From: Antedon mediterranea | Lineage: Eukaryota; Animalia; Echinodermata | NCBI RefSeq assembly: GCF_964355755.1 | Contig: NC_092671.1 | Coordinates: 35,908,304-35,972,303 of the forward strand | Direction: 5' to 3' | Length of the DNA stretch: 64,000 nt | In this document: positions 1 through 12,400 of the stretch, in pieces | Position numbering within the stretch: position 1 is the first letter of the stretch | How the letters are laid out: the number at the start of each line of letters is the position of its first letter | Made by a program: the position numbers and the translations under genes | Notes under the pieces: generated by a model | Told to the model about the DNA's origin: nothing | Databases searched by the model: none | Seen by the model: only the letters and a program-made list of their open reading frames with translations

Positions 1-393
1 TTAAACTATGACTTTCATTCTTGTTCAAATGAATGTTAACAATTATTCTGCCTTTTATCTGATATCTTTATATGATAGCATGCCATTATATTATTATACT
101 GCTGAAATGTATTAATAAAATATTGTCTATTATATGAATTAGATATTGAAAGGAGTTTGCTATGAAGATGATAGAAAAAATCTTTTGAAAATGGTTTGAT
201 GATGGACGTCAATCAATTTTGGTGTTAAACTTTTGGTGAATGTTTTTAAAATATGAATTGGACTTAAGCTGGTATTTTATGTCATTTTATGGTGTTTTAT
301 GAATGTGTGGATCTGCATATAATGCTATAATTCAGTTTACAGTAGGAGATAATATTTTGTTTGTGTTTTGAAGTTATTCAATTAAAAACTTAC

Positions 394-441
394 CCTCTCC
401 ACGTCAAGTTTCATAGTCTTTACGATCGCATGCTCACCATT
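394..441 (-). CDS. SEMA5: Semaphorin coding exon 15
   Basis: ttttag|[16 protein letters not shown]|gtaag; 48 nt, phase 0, fits the segment expected after EEIxL in Sema domains. Confidence 0.75.
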
Positions 442-3400
442 CTAAAAAAGAGAGTTAGAAATGTTCAATATGTGTGGGCAAATAATCAATATAATTGGTT
501 AATTTTTTTTCTTCTATTAGATTTTAGTTCTTTTGGAACAATATTAACATCAAAGCTATGAAATACACTACAAAAAATAAATTTCAATCAACAGTTCAGT
601 TCACACTTTAGGGAAACAATTGCATAGAATTGGCTATGTCACGACTAGTTTGAAAGACAAATAATATATACCATGGCTGCTGTGTCTAGGCCCTGTTTGA
701 ACTGCTAACTCCCAAGCACTCGGCGGTGGTGAGAGAGATACGTATGGGGTTAAGAGCAAGGAATTAGACAGCAATTTTGTGTTTTACCTTGATATGTCGC
801 CTAGGAGATTTTAAAGTGTTCCAACAGGATATGCCACTTAAATTATACAAACTAAAGTAAAGACACTATGCCTTGTTTGCAGTTAAACTTTATGTGATAT
901 GCCCATATTTGGACATGATGATGTCATATCACTACCATATTTGATCATATCACTACCATATTTGGGGACATCACACTTTTGTGTCAAACTAGTTTGATAG
1001 TGTAGACAGAACTTTATATAGTAGATCAATGCCATTTAATACCCACAAAATGTTCAAAATATATTCAGATTTTGGTTTTTAAATTTTAAAATGTATTTTT
1101 CCCTGCTAAAAAAAGTATATAAACAAAAACAGATCCCAAACGCAGTTTTTTAACTTTAAATGTTATTATTTCCTGCTCAAAAAAGTTATATTGTATTAAT
1201 AAACAAAAACAGAATTGATATGCGATATTCCCAGGGTGCAATCCATCCAATCTTAGGAAGTTGTTATTTAGGCAACTCCCTTGCTATCACAACTGACACC
1301 ACCTACTAGAAGTAGACTACTCTGACATGTGCATTTCCTGTGGTTCGTTCCACCATTGTTTCATTTTCAAATGATTATTAATATATTTATCATATTAAAA
1401 TCTTGAAGCATAAAAAACAAATTACAAATGTCACATTCAGTTTCCTCCTTTTGTCTTTTTCGATGCACTATCTGTCTGTTTATTTTCAAAACGTTTATCC
1501 ACAAACAATAATATTACATCTCTGATTTGTTATCAATTGGTAACTGAAAGTTAGTTGATGTTTAATGAATAAGACAAACACTATGCAAATTTACGTCTCA
1601 ATAAGCCCACAAGAAATTATCATTATCCTATGCAGTAGAATTCCACTTTGAGACACAATGTTTACGGTAAAGGGAAATTTTTCTTGAAATTTCTCATGAA
1701 ATAAACAAGGGCAATATATGTTTCACCATGGACCCCAATGGAAACTAATTATTTTTTTTGGATTAATTGGGTTGTCCTGAATTCATCATTAAATGTTTTT
1801 CATTTGACTGTTTTTATGTATATTATGTATGATGGATGTATTGATTTGAAATAAAAACAAACAAACAAACAAACATCCCTATCCAATGGACACCCCTATT
1901 AAACAAACTAGTTAAATATACTTATCCACCAAATATTATATTAATGTGCATTACCGCTTAAAATCTCTAACCACCAGAGTGGGATCTGGATAACTTAACA
2001 GTTTCATGACAATCAGTAACTAGTTAGCGGCTATTACACTATTACTAAAGGTCAGCATTAGGGAATGAAAATTGTCATATCGCTACTGTGATGTTTGAAA
2101 ATGCATTCTCTAAATGGATGAAAAGGTTTGAAAATCTAAATATATACTCTTCAATTCACATTTATAATAGCAATAAATCTCCAATGAGATACGTGAATGA
2201 ATAATTCAATAAAAATATTAGCGTATAATATCTCTAATTCGTTTTTAGTAATATTTCACAGATGCCTAATAGCTGTTTCTTTTTCCAAAATATCTACGAT
2301 TCTACATGTATTTTGTAAGTGTTTCCTGCGGGGTAGGGCCTTTGGCATGGATCCCACGGCATGACAGGTGGTAGTAGCCCCTTAAACCACCACCTGTTAT
2401 CATCCATTCAATGTGCGTATATTATATGATACATGATGTTTTAGAATGAGCTACTGGAGTAAAGAGTATTCAACCCAGAAGGAAAGCTGGTAATAGTTCC
2501 ACCGTAGAATTAGAATTTATAATTTCAGTGCGGTAATTATAAAAGAATGGCAATGGGATAATTTTAAAGATGAAGATAATGAAGTAGATAATGATGATAA
2601 GTGATCATGACAAAGGCAACAATCCTAAAGCTCTGTCTACACTATCAAACTTTATGTGAAAAACAATGTGATGTACCCATATATGGACGTGATGTATATC
2701 ACTACCATATTTGGGCATATCACTACCATATTTTTGGGCACATCACACTGTTTTTGTGAAACTAGTGTGATAGTGTAGATAGTTTAGACAATATACATTG
2801 TTGACAGGAGTATGGTAAAACTTGCTATGGTGGGTCTGTCTACACTATTAAACTTTATGTGACAAACAAATGTGATGTGCCCATATATAGACATCATGAC
2901 GTCATATCACTACCATTTTGAAAAGCAGTACTACGTTACTGAAAATGCAATCCAGTAAAAATAATAAATAAATATTTAAGCATATCACTATAATATTTGG
3001 GCACATCACACTGTTTTTATCCTGTTTTTGTCAAACTAGTTAAATAGTGTCGGAGAAAAAAAGTTTAATATTAATACTTCAGAAAGCCCAATAATTCAAG
3101 CACAAAGAATAGAATGAGTCTATGTTCCAAAGTCACAAAATAGATTTATCTAACAGTCTTAAATCAGATTGTTTTACATTATTTATTATATCAACAGAAT
3201 GGAAACATTGTGAACAACCATGAAAGAGAGCTGAAAAGACATTGTATAACATCGTTATGAGTTATGGTAACAAATGAGATAATAAAAATATTAATAATAA
3301 TTTATTGGTTCATTTTTTTGGGACAGAGGAACACTCTTTCTTAGATTAATTTTCTCTCAATAATCACTTTGTTTTGCCATGAGGAATTACATCATAGGGC

Positions 3401-6400
3401 TATTGAAAGATTTAAAAACACATTATCGTTTAAAAAAATAAATTGTAATTTAACATAGGATTGTTTGTTTAAATTGAGAGGGTATGAAACTGGATAACCG
3501 GATGACAAATTAATTTTAGGATATTAATACCATAGTTGCATTGTGCTATGTTTTAGTTTCATAATAAAGTGATCATTGTCCGATGTAACAAAGGTTTTTG
3601 TTATATATCATTCCCGCAAGAGAACAAATTATGTATTCAATCAATTTTCATCAGCCTCTAATGTTAGCAAAGTTAACTTAATAATGTATCCATTTTACTA
3701 TGTTTAATTCAATTGTTTTTCATTTAATATCTTAATTATTTTAAGATTTGTTTAAAATTTGAATTAAACAAGTTTTCAATTTTGCAATAAATATTTTCAA
3801 AGGCTGTATAAAGATTATTATTTTTAATTTCAACTGTTGAAATTTGTCAAATCCTATTGGAAAGATAAGCCCTAATATATCATTCTAGCCTACCGTCCAA
3901 TGGGATCAAATGTTTGATACAATTGATTAGCCAATCAGATAGAATGTCTTAAAAAGCCTGGGGGAATACCACAGATCAAAGATAAAAAGAAGAATACACT
4001 TGGGAGATCTGACATAATAATCGTACCAGATATCATTATAACATCAATGTTATGTGATACACCAAGGGGATCTGATCTTTATCTACATCAATGCATTTCA
4101 ATATTTTCACATAGGCTTTTATATGTATAAGACAAATGGATTTCTTAGAAAAAAAATCGTCTTTTTAAAATTAAATTTAATTTGAAAGGCATAGAATAAG
4201 CAACTAAAAACAATAATACTGAAAGTAAATTAAATATGGAACGGCAAAGATGAGAAAATCTCCAAGGGGGAAAGGTCACTAAGACTCAGGTCTAATTAAT
4301 ATGCCGATATAATACAGTAATACTCCCACCATCATTTTCTACTTATAATATATTTATTTCTGCTGCATATTTAGTAATAAATGTTATTATGTTATTATTA
4401 AATTCTACTTTTAATTTATGATAATATATTAAAAATACATTGCTTTTACAAATTTTCCAAAAATGCATCATCCAGTCGCCAGTTTGACCGAACAAGTGTC
4501 TATATCACCCATACTAAACTGTAATTATAATCATGATTTATGTTAATGAACGTGATTTAAACTTTATAAATACCACCATGGAGCCGTTATTATTTAAAAT
4601 ACAACTACAAAAGTTGTTAATAGTTCAAAGAATATTATGACAAAAAAACATATCATAAAATAATGTATCATTGGAGACATTTTTACTGTTTTGTTGTTAA
4701 GTTTATTCGTTTGTAAAAGTGCAATTGTATGGGGTTGCCCATACCATCTGTTCTAATCATGTCAACATGGGTCACATTCATTGTGGTTTGAATTATGTTG
4801 TAGTAGATTAAACATACTACAGATTTAACTCAGTATAAACATTGTTTTTGTCCAGACAAGATATTTTCATTTGACATATAATCATTGAAATAATGTTGCA
4901 TGGCTGGTTATGGAAACACCAAAAAAAAGTTACACTACAGCATAGAAAAAATGCCAATTTTCTTGAATCAAAAGTACCCCCTTAAACAATACACTAAATA
5001 GCTCTTTTCATCCATCATGCTTATACGAAAAGGAAGCAGCCATTATGGTATCCTCTAAAAAGTTGGCTGATTGAAGAAAAACCAGCCAACAATTCACAAA
5101 ATACAGGCTAAAGCTCTGTCCACATTATCAAACTAGTTTGACAACAAAAGTGTGATATGCCCAAATATGATGGTGATGTGCCCAAATATGGTAGTGATAC
5201 AACATCATCATGTATATATTTGATTTGATTTTATTCGGTTTCACCATAAGATTACAAGACAATATGAATACAAACATTTTACAAGCAAATACATTAAATA
5301 AGAAACTAAGGATAGCCCATTAAGTCAGAAGAAAAATCAACTTAATTCCAATGGGGTACGTCCTTTAAATAGAGTTAACCCGTCTCGTGTTATTTACTAC
5401 ATTGTTATGACGACTAAGAGAGTAAGTGTATAGGAACTTACAGAGGTAACTAACTTTACAGTGGCGACGAGTATAAATTTATAGAATGGCTTTTCAGGTA
5501 AGCCCAATTGCCGGTTTTGATACGACGGACAGCCAAGCCCTCGGACAACGTTGGGAAAAATGGCGGAAATCTTTTGAGTTGTACATAGTTGCGAGCAACG
5601 TCAAAAACAACCAGCAAAAGAAGGCTATATTATTACATACAGCAGGGGAAGGAGTACAGGAGTTATTTGAAACGTTAACAAAGGAAGATGACACTTATGA
5701 AAAAGCAATCGAAGCGCTAAATGCTTATTTTTTGCCGAAGAAAAATGTTGCATTTGAAAGGCATGTTTATCGACAAGCTGTGCAGGAGAACGGGGAAACG
5801 ATGGACAGTTTTGCTACACGCCTGAAGAAATTGATAAAAACATGTGAGTACGAAACTGAACTAGAAAAAGATATGATAAGAGATCAAATAATTGAAAAGT
5901 GTAGATCAAAGAAGTTGAGAATTAGATTGCTTAGAGAGGAAAAATTAACATTAGACAAAGCGTTAGAAATAGCACGGGCACATGAGCTAGCGGACACGCA
6001 GGCCCATCAAATGGAAGCTTCGAGATTACAGACCACGCAACAACAACAAGGTAGCGTCGAAGGCGCGTACGCGATGAGTCAAAACAACCGCCGCGAAGCA
6101 AGTCGCGATGGTAACCGAAAAAAGTGGGCGGAGTCTAAGAAAAGTTACAGTAGTGCTTCGAGCTCGAGTGGAGGAGATAAGACGTGTTATCGTTGTGGCA
6201 AACCAGGTCACATAGCTAAAGCTTGTAGTGTTGTGAATAACAAGAAATGTCATAATTGCGGAAAATCTGGACATTTTGCGGTAGTGTGCCAGTCAAAAAA
6301 ACCAAGTAATCACTCAAGAAAGTCTAAACCAAGAAAAGTGTATCAAACCACGACGAACAGTAGTTCTGATAGTGATACTGATAACTCTGAGACTTTATTT

Positions 6401-9400
6401 GTTATAAAAACAAAAGATACTAAACCATTGTGTACTGTAAATGTTAACGGTAAAGATGTAAGGTGTTTGATTGATTCAGGAGCCAGTGTAAATATTATTA
6501 ATTATGATATTGCTAGAGAATTAAACATAAAGATTAGGCCTAGCAAGATGAAAGTGTATACTTATGGATCAAAAGAACCATTAAGAGTAAAAGGAGAGTT
6601 TGATGCCTATGTGCATTATGGAAAAAAAGGTATAAATACAACATTTGTGGTAATTGATAATAAGGAATGTTGTACAATCCTTTGGGTATAGAGGTGCAAG
6701 TGATCTTAACATATTAAAGATAGATATGTTGTGTAATGTCCAAGTCAATGACAAAAATGATCAGTTGTTTAACGAATACAAGGATGTCTTTACCGGAGTT
6801 GGTAAATTAAAGAATTATGAATTAAAGATACATATTGATGATAAGGTACAGCCCATAGTTCAACCACAAAGAAGAATTCCTTTTAACTTAAGAAATGCAG
6901 TAGAAAGAAAGTTAAATGAGTTGTTAGATCATGACATAATAGAGCCGGTACAGGGTCCCACATCGTGGATATCACCACCAGTTTTTGTACCTAAGAAAAA
7001 TAGTGATGATTTGAGAATGTGTATAGATATGCGTAGGGCAAATGAGGCCATAATGAGGGTTAGATATCCCATACCGACGATTGAAGAAGTTTTACATGAC
7101 ATGAATGGAGCCACACTATTCTCGAAAATAGATCTTAAATGGGGGTTCCACCAAATTGAACTGGATGATAAGTCACGTGACATAACTACATTCATAACAC
7201 ATTGTGGGTTATTTAGGTTTAAACGTCTCATGTTCGGTATTACAAGTGCCCCTGAAATGTTCCAGCATATCATGGAACAAGTACTGGCAAAATGTAAAGG
7301 GGTAAAGGTAATTGCCGATGACATAGTGGTGTATGGTTGTAATCAGAAAGAGCATGACGTAAATCTAAAGAATGTATTAAATACATTAAGAGAAAGAGGG
7401 TTAACGGCAAACTTGGACAAATGCAAGTTTGGTCTAGATAAGTTAGATTATATGGGAAATGTATTGTCCAAAGATGGATTAGAGGTGTCTAAACAAAAAG
7501 TAGTTGCTGTGAAAGAAGCAAAGGTTCCGACAAATGTTGCGGAAGTTAGAAGTTTCTTAGGTTTGGTCGGGTATTGTGGAAGATATATAAATAATCTTTC
7601 AACAAGGGAAGAACCATTACGAAGATTAACACGGGCAAAACAACCCTGGGTCTGGGGTAAAGAACAAAATGATTCTTTAAATGACCTGAAGAATGCACTT
7701 ACAAGTGCAGAAGCAATGGCATATTACAATAACAAGGCTAAAACACAAGTTATAACTGATGCTTTTTATTCTAGTAGTTTTAATATTTTAAGTAAAGATT
7801 GCAATATTGTAAAATACGCTGACGATACTGTAATTAGTGGTTTTCTTTGCGATAGTAAGCATAATGTAAATGAATTTGTTAATGAAGTTGGAAGATTTGT
7901 TAATTGGTGTGAAGATATGAACTTAATACTTAATATTACTAAAACCAAAGAGATGATAATAGATTTTCGTAAAACCGCAGTTGAACATAATGTAATAACT
8001 ATTAAAGAAACCGAGGTTGAAAGAGTAACTCAATACAAATACTTAGGTACTATAATTGACAACAAATTAAAATGGGAGTCAAACTCTCTCATGATTTCCA
8101 AGAAGGCATCTCAAAGGCTCTACTTTCTCAGAAAACTCAAGCAAATTAGAGTTGATAACACTATTTTAATTCTATTTTATCAAAGTATTATTCAAAGTAT
8201 TTTATCTTTTAGCATTGGATGTTTTTATGGTAACTTTACTGAAAATGATAAGAAAAATATTGAGAGACCACGTAAAATTGCACAACGTATTATTAAAGCT
8301 GATCTAACGCCTTGTTCATTTATCTATGAAAAGAGTATTCTAAAAAAAGTTAACAATATTATGAAAGACCCCACTCATCCGTTACATTACTGTTATAACT
8401 TAAATAGATCAGGCATTAGGCTACGACCTCCAAGAGCAAATCATTGTAGAACTAGAAAATCCTTCGTTGTAAATAGCATTCATATTTTTAATTCTAATGT
8501 AAGACGTTAATGCAATTTTTAATAGTTTTACATTTTTAACAGTATTTTTAACTTTTTATCTTGTATTTTTAATCTGTTATAATACTGCACGTTTTTAAAT
8601 TGTTGCAATACTGTTGTTTTAATCTACCAAGCAAAGTGAATTTCCATTTTATGGACAAATAAAATTTCTTGAATCTTGAATCTTGAATGCTAGCCCAGTT
8701 GGGGTAGGGGCAATTCTAGTACAAAAACAGGATGATGGCATGTTTAAGCCTGTGTTGTATGCCAGTAGATCGCTAACTGATGTCGAACGGAGGTATTCCC
8801 AAACAGAAAAAGAGGCCCTGGGGATAGTTTGGGCATGTGAGAGGTTCCATTTGTATCTGTACGGAATTAAGTTTGATTTAATTACAGATCATAAACCGTT
8901 AGAGGTTATTTACTCAGCACGATCGAAACCATCAGCGAGAATAGAACGCTGGGTTTTAAGATTACAACGGTATACTTTTAGTGTTATCTATAGACCAGGA
9001 AGGTTAAATGCTGCTGATGCCCTCTCAAGATTGCCACTTGTAGTAGAGTCTAAGAGAAATGTAGCTGAAGAGTATATATATTTTGTTGCAAAGAGTGCAA
9101 CACCAATGGCCTTAACCACTAAAGAAATAGAACAAGTTTCAATGAAAGACGAAACAATGATATGCTTAAGGGAAGCAATCACTAATAATAATTGGTCAAA
9201 TCCAAAAGTAGAAAGCTTCAAACATGTAAGAACGGAGCTAGCAGTAATAGGGAAGTTGATTTTAAGGCAACATAGAATTGTAGTGCCAGAAGAGTTAAGG
9301 AAACAAGTATTGAATTTGGCACATGAGGGACACCAAGGCATAGTAAAATGTAAATCTAGATTAAGGACAAAGGTTTGGTGGCCTGGAATCGATAGAGAAA

Positions 9401-12400
9401 TTGAGAATTATGTAAAAGTGTGTCAGGCTTGTCAGGTAGTCGATAGACAAAGTAGACCTGAACCAATGAAACCAACCGATCTGCCACAAAAGCCATGGCA
9501 GCATATTGGTATTGATTTGTGTGGTCCGTTTCCTGGAGGGGAAAGCTTATTAGTAGCAGTGGACTATTATTCTAGATGGTTTGAGGTAGGTGTACTACAC
9601 TCAACCACAGCAGGGAAAGTGATCGAGACCTTAGATAATTGGTTCACAACTCACGGATTACCAGAGATGATCGTGAGCGATAATGGTCCTCAGTTTAGAG
9701 GTGATGAGTTTAAGAGGTTCGTAAATGAGAACGGAATTTCTCACAGAAAAACTACACCTTATTCTCCTCAAGCAAACGGAGAAGTTGAAAGGCAGAATAA
9801 AACACTCCTAAAAGCTATTAGAGCAATGTCTGCCGAAGGGAAAGTGTGGAAGAGAGAGATTAATAAGTTTCTGTTGGCGTACAGAACAACACCACACTGT
9901 GTTACTGGTGAAAGTCCAGCACAATTGATGTATGGTAGACAACTCAGGACCAAGTTGCCTGAGATGGGTAATGAAGGGAGAGACCCAAACGATGATGATA
10001 TTAGAGTTAAGGATTATGAAAGTAAAGTAAAACAGAAGGAATATTGGGATAAAAGAAAGAAATCGAAAGAATCAGAAATTAAGAAAGGAGATAAAGTGTT
10101 TGTGAAACAGGATAAGAAAAATAAGTTGAGTACGACTTATGGAGAGATGCCATATAGTGTAATAGAAAAGAAGGGAAACAGTGTTCAGATCGAAAACGAT
10201 GAAGGTGTACAGAAACGAAGAAATGTAAAAGACCTTAAAAAGATTGAGTTTGAAAAGGGTAATGAGAAAGTAAATGAATCTGATGTTACAGAGTAGAAGT
10301 TTATAGTTTTAATGTTATAGTTTTAATGTTAGTTAATTTTAGTTGTTATCTTAAATGAGAAAAGAAGGGATGTAGTGTCTATAGACACGGCGACCGAGAG
10401 GTCAAAAGGTTGTAGAGCACATAAAGTGTGTGTGCGGTTTTGTTGTGCTGCGAGCACGCCATATCGATAATAAAGGCACCGTTGTTTGTGTTAAATAGAG
10501 TTAACCCGTCTCGTGTTATTTACTACATTGTTATGACGACTAAGAGAGTAAGTGTATAGGAACTTACAGAGGTAACTAACTTTACACCACTCTATCCATT
10601 TTCTCAATGAATAACAATTACAAAATAATACTTACAGGCATAAGATTGATCTCCTCTACAATGCAAGTTGACATTTGACCTGGCAGTGTCACAAGTTTCT
10701 TTACTTTACCTCCCTCTGAGGAGATGGAAAAATGAAATTCGGGTTATTAATGTCAATATCACCAATAATTTGGAGTTTTGCCAACAGATTATTCCTAACA
10801 GATTTTGACACCTGTTTGATCCTCAAGTACAATTGCTATAAACTAGTCCACTGCATATTGTTGACAATAGTTTAATATTAAATATAAAAAAAATACAAAG
10901 TAATAAGATGTTTTTTTAAAAAAAGAATTACGAAGGAAAAAAAATAAGCACATGTTTACAGACATGTATTTGTTCCCTTGTCTATCGTGGGCGTAAAATC
11001 ACTTTCCTGGTCTTTTAATGCGTCATACATCATGTAAAGTATACGACATACAACATATTTGCAAATCGTTGGTTTAATAACTTTTGTATCATTCTGATAA
11101 TTGTTAAAATTAAATGACTAGTTTATAATTTAATATGATACTACTTTTTATAGGATTACATTATTTAATAATTTCAATTTAATTTGTACCATTAAATATT
11201 ATTAGATTAATAAAAAGATTCAGCACCAGATGTGAAGTATAGTTTTCCGGTCAGTATACGCATTAAAGCTCTGTCTACATTATCAAACTTTATGTGAAAA
11301 AAAAATGTGATGTGCCTATGGACATGATGATGTCATATCACTACCATATTTAAGCATAACACTACCATATTTGGGCACATCACACTTTTCTTGTCAAACT
11401 AGTTTGATAGTGTAGACAGTGCTTAATACATGAACAGTAGATTACATAATAATTACACCATTGACATATACAATGATGCAAGTAGTATTTTGACAGCAGT
11501 TCTGGACATTTTTTGTTTGTTATACACAGTTCACTTTTGGACTTTCTAGTTCTTCTTCCTAATTAAATTAACCTATAAACTCTCAAAAGGCTATAAAAAC
11601 TGTGAGAAAAATATTCTTGTCTGTAGATTGATGTCGCTTACCCTTTTTACCTTTTTTCATTATAACACTTCAATATTAATTTAAATTGTTGTCACTATTT
11701 ACCTGTGCCCAGAAAGACAACTTGATATTTCACTCCGTTTATAACAAATATGTCAACATTCAATTTAGTCACTCTAGAAATAATAGAAATATTGATAAAG
11801 ATAAATATTTGTTTGTAGTAAAACTGAGATTTGGTAATAACAACATTTTACATGACTTTATTGCACTGTATTTTGACTTGTTAACGTTCAATTTTGGTAA
11901 AGTTGATTGAAAACAGTATTACAGTATCAAAAGTATTGATAAATGTAAAACTAAATCTATAAGAAAATACAGCAGAATCCTTCCTCTGTGATACCCTATT
12001 AAGGAGACACTTTCCCATGAAATAAACGAGAAATATATTTGAACACTACAACCATTCCCTATTCAGGGGACATCTCTATTAGGGCGATACGTTGTTGGGT
12101 CCTGAAGGGTCCCTTTAATATGGACTCTGCTGTAATTATAGTATACAAAAATCCAGTTTCTATTTGATAAAGTGAAACAAAAATGTTCCATAAATTTATT
12201 ATCATTGAATATTGAAAATTTTGATATCATAATGTTTGTTAAATTTGAAACAAAAATTATTAGTCCAACTGTTCTTGTCGGGGAGTGATATTTGCATTTA
12301 ATGAAATCACACGCGCACAGATCAGACAAACTCTATGCTCATACAGTGGGTTTCCTGTGTGTAAATGCAAGCAAACACATAGCGTAATACATTTGAATAT

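Larger units (their letters stand above)
5365..10586 (+). mobile_element. Ty3/gypsy LTR retrotransposon (Mag-like), defective, intronic and antisense to the semaphorin gene
   Basis: Domain order gag(2xCCHC)-PR-RT-RH-IN; PBS, PPT and a complete TG...CA 3' LTR; partial 5' LTR. Confidence 0.96.

Noticed and set aside
2325-2405. GC-rich stem-loop (ACAGGTGGT/ACCACCTGT) as a ribozyme or ncRNA
   Set aside because: I could not fit a hammerhead, HDV or snoRNA core by eye. An Rfam/Infernal scan would be needed.
4735-4817. Possible additional semaphorin exon
   Set aside because: The nearest acceptor gives an in-frame TAA, and exon 394-441 already supplies the expected segment.
6654-8510. A genuine novel double-RT host gene
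   Set aside because: Fully explained by a nested LINE with TSD and tail. The ORF has no real start of its own, and the second RT lacks its N-terminal motifs.
5494-9953. Minus-strand ORFs overlapping the retrotransposon
   Set aside because: Antisense shadows of gag/pol with no recognisable motifs.
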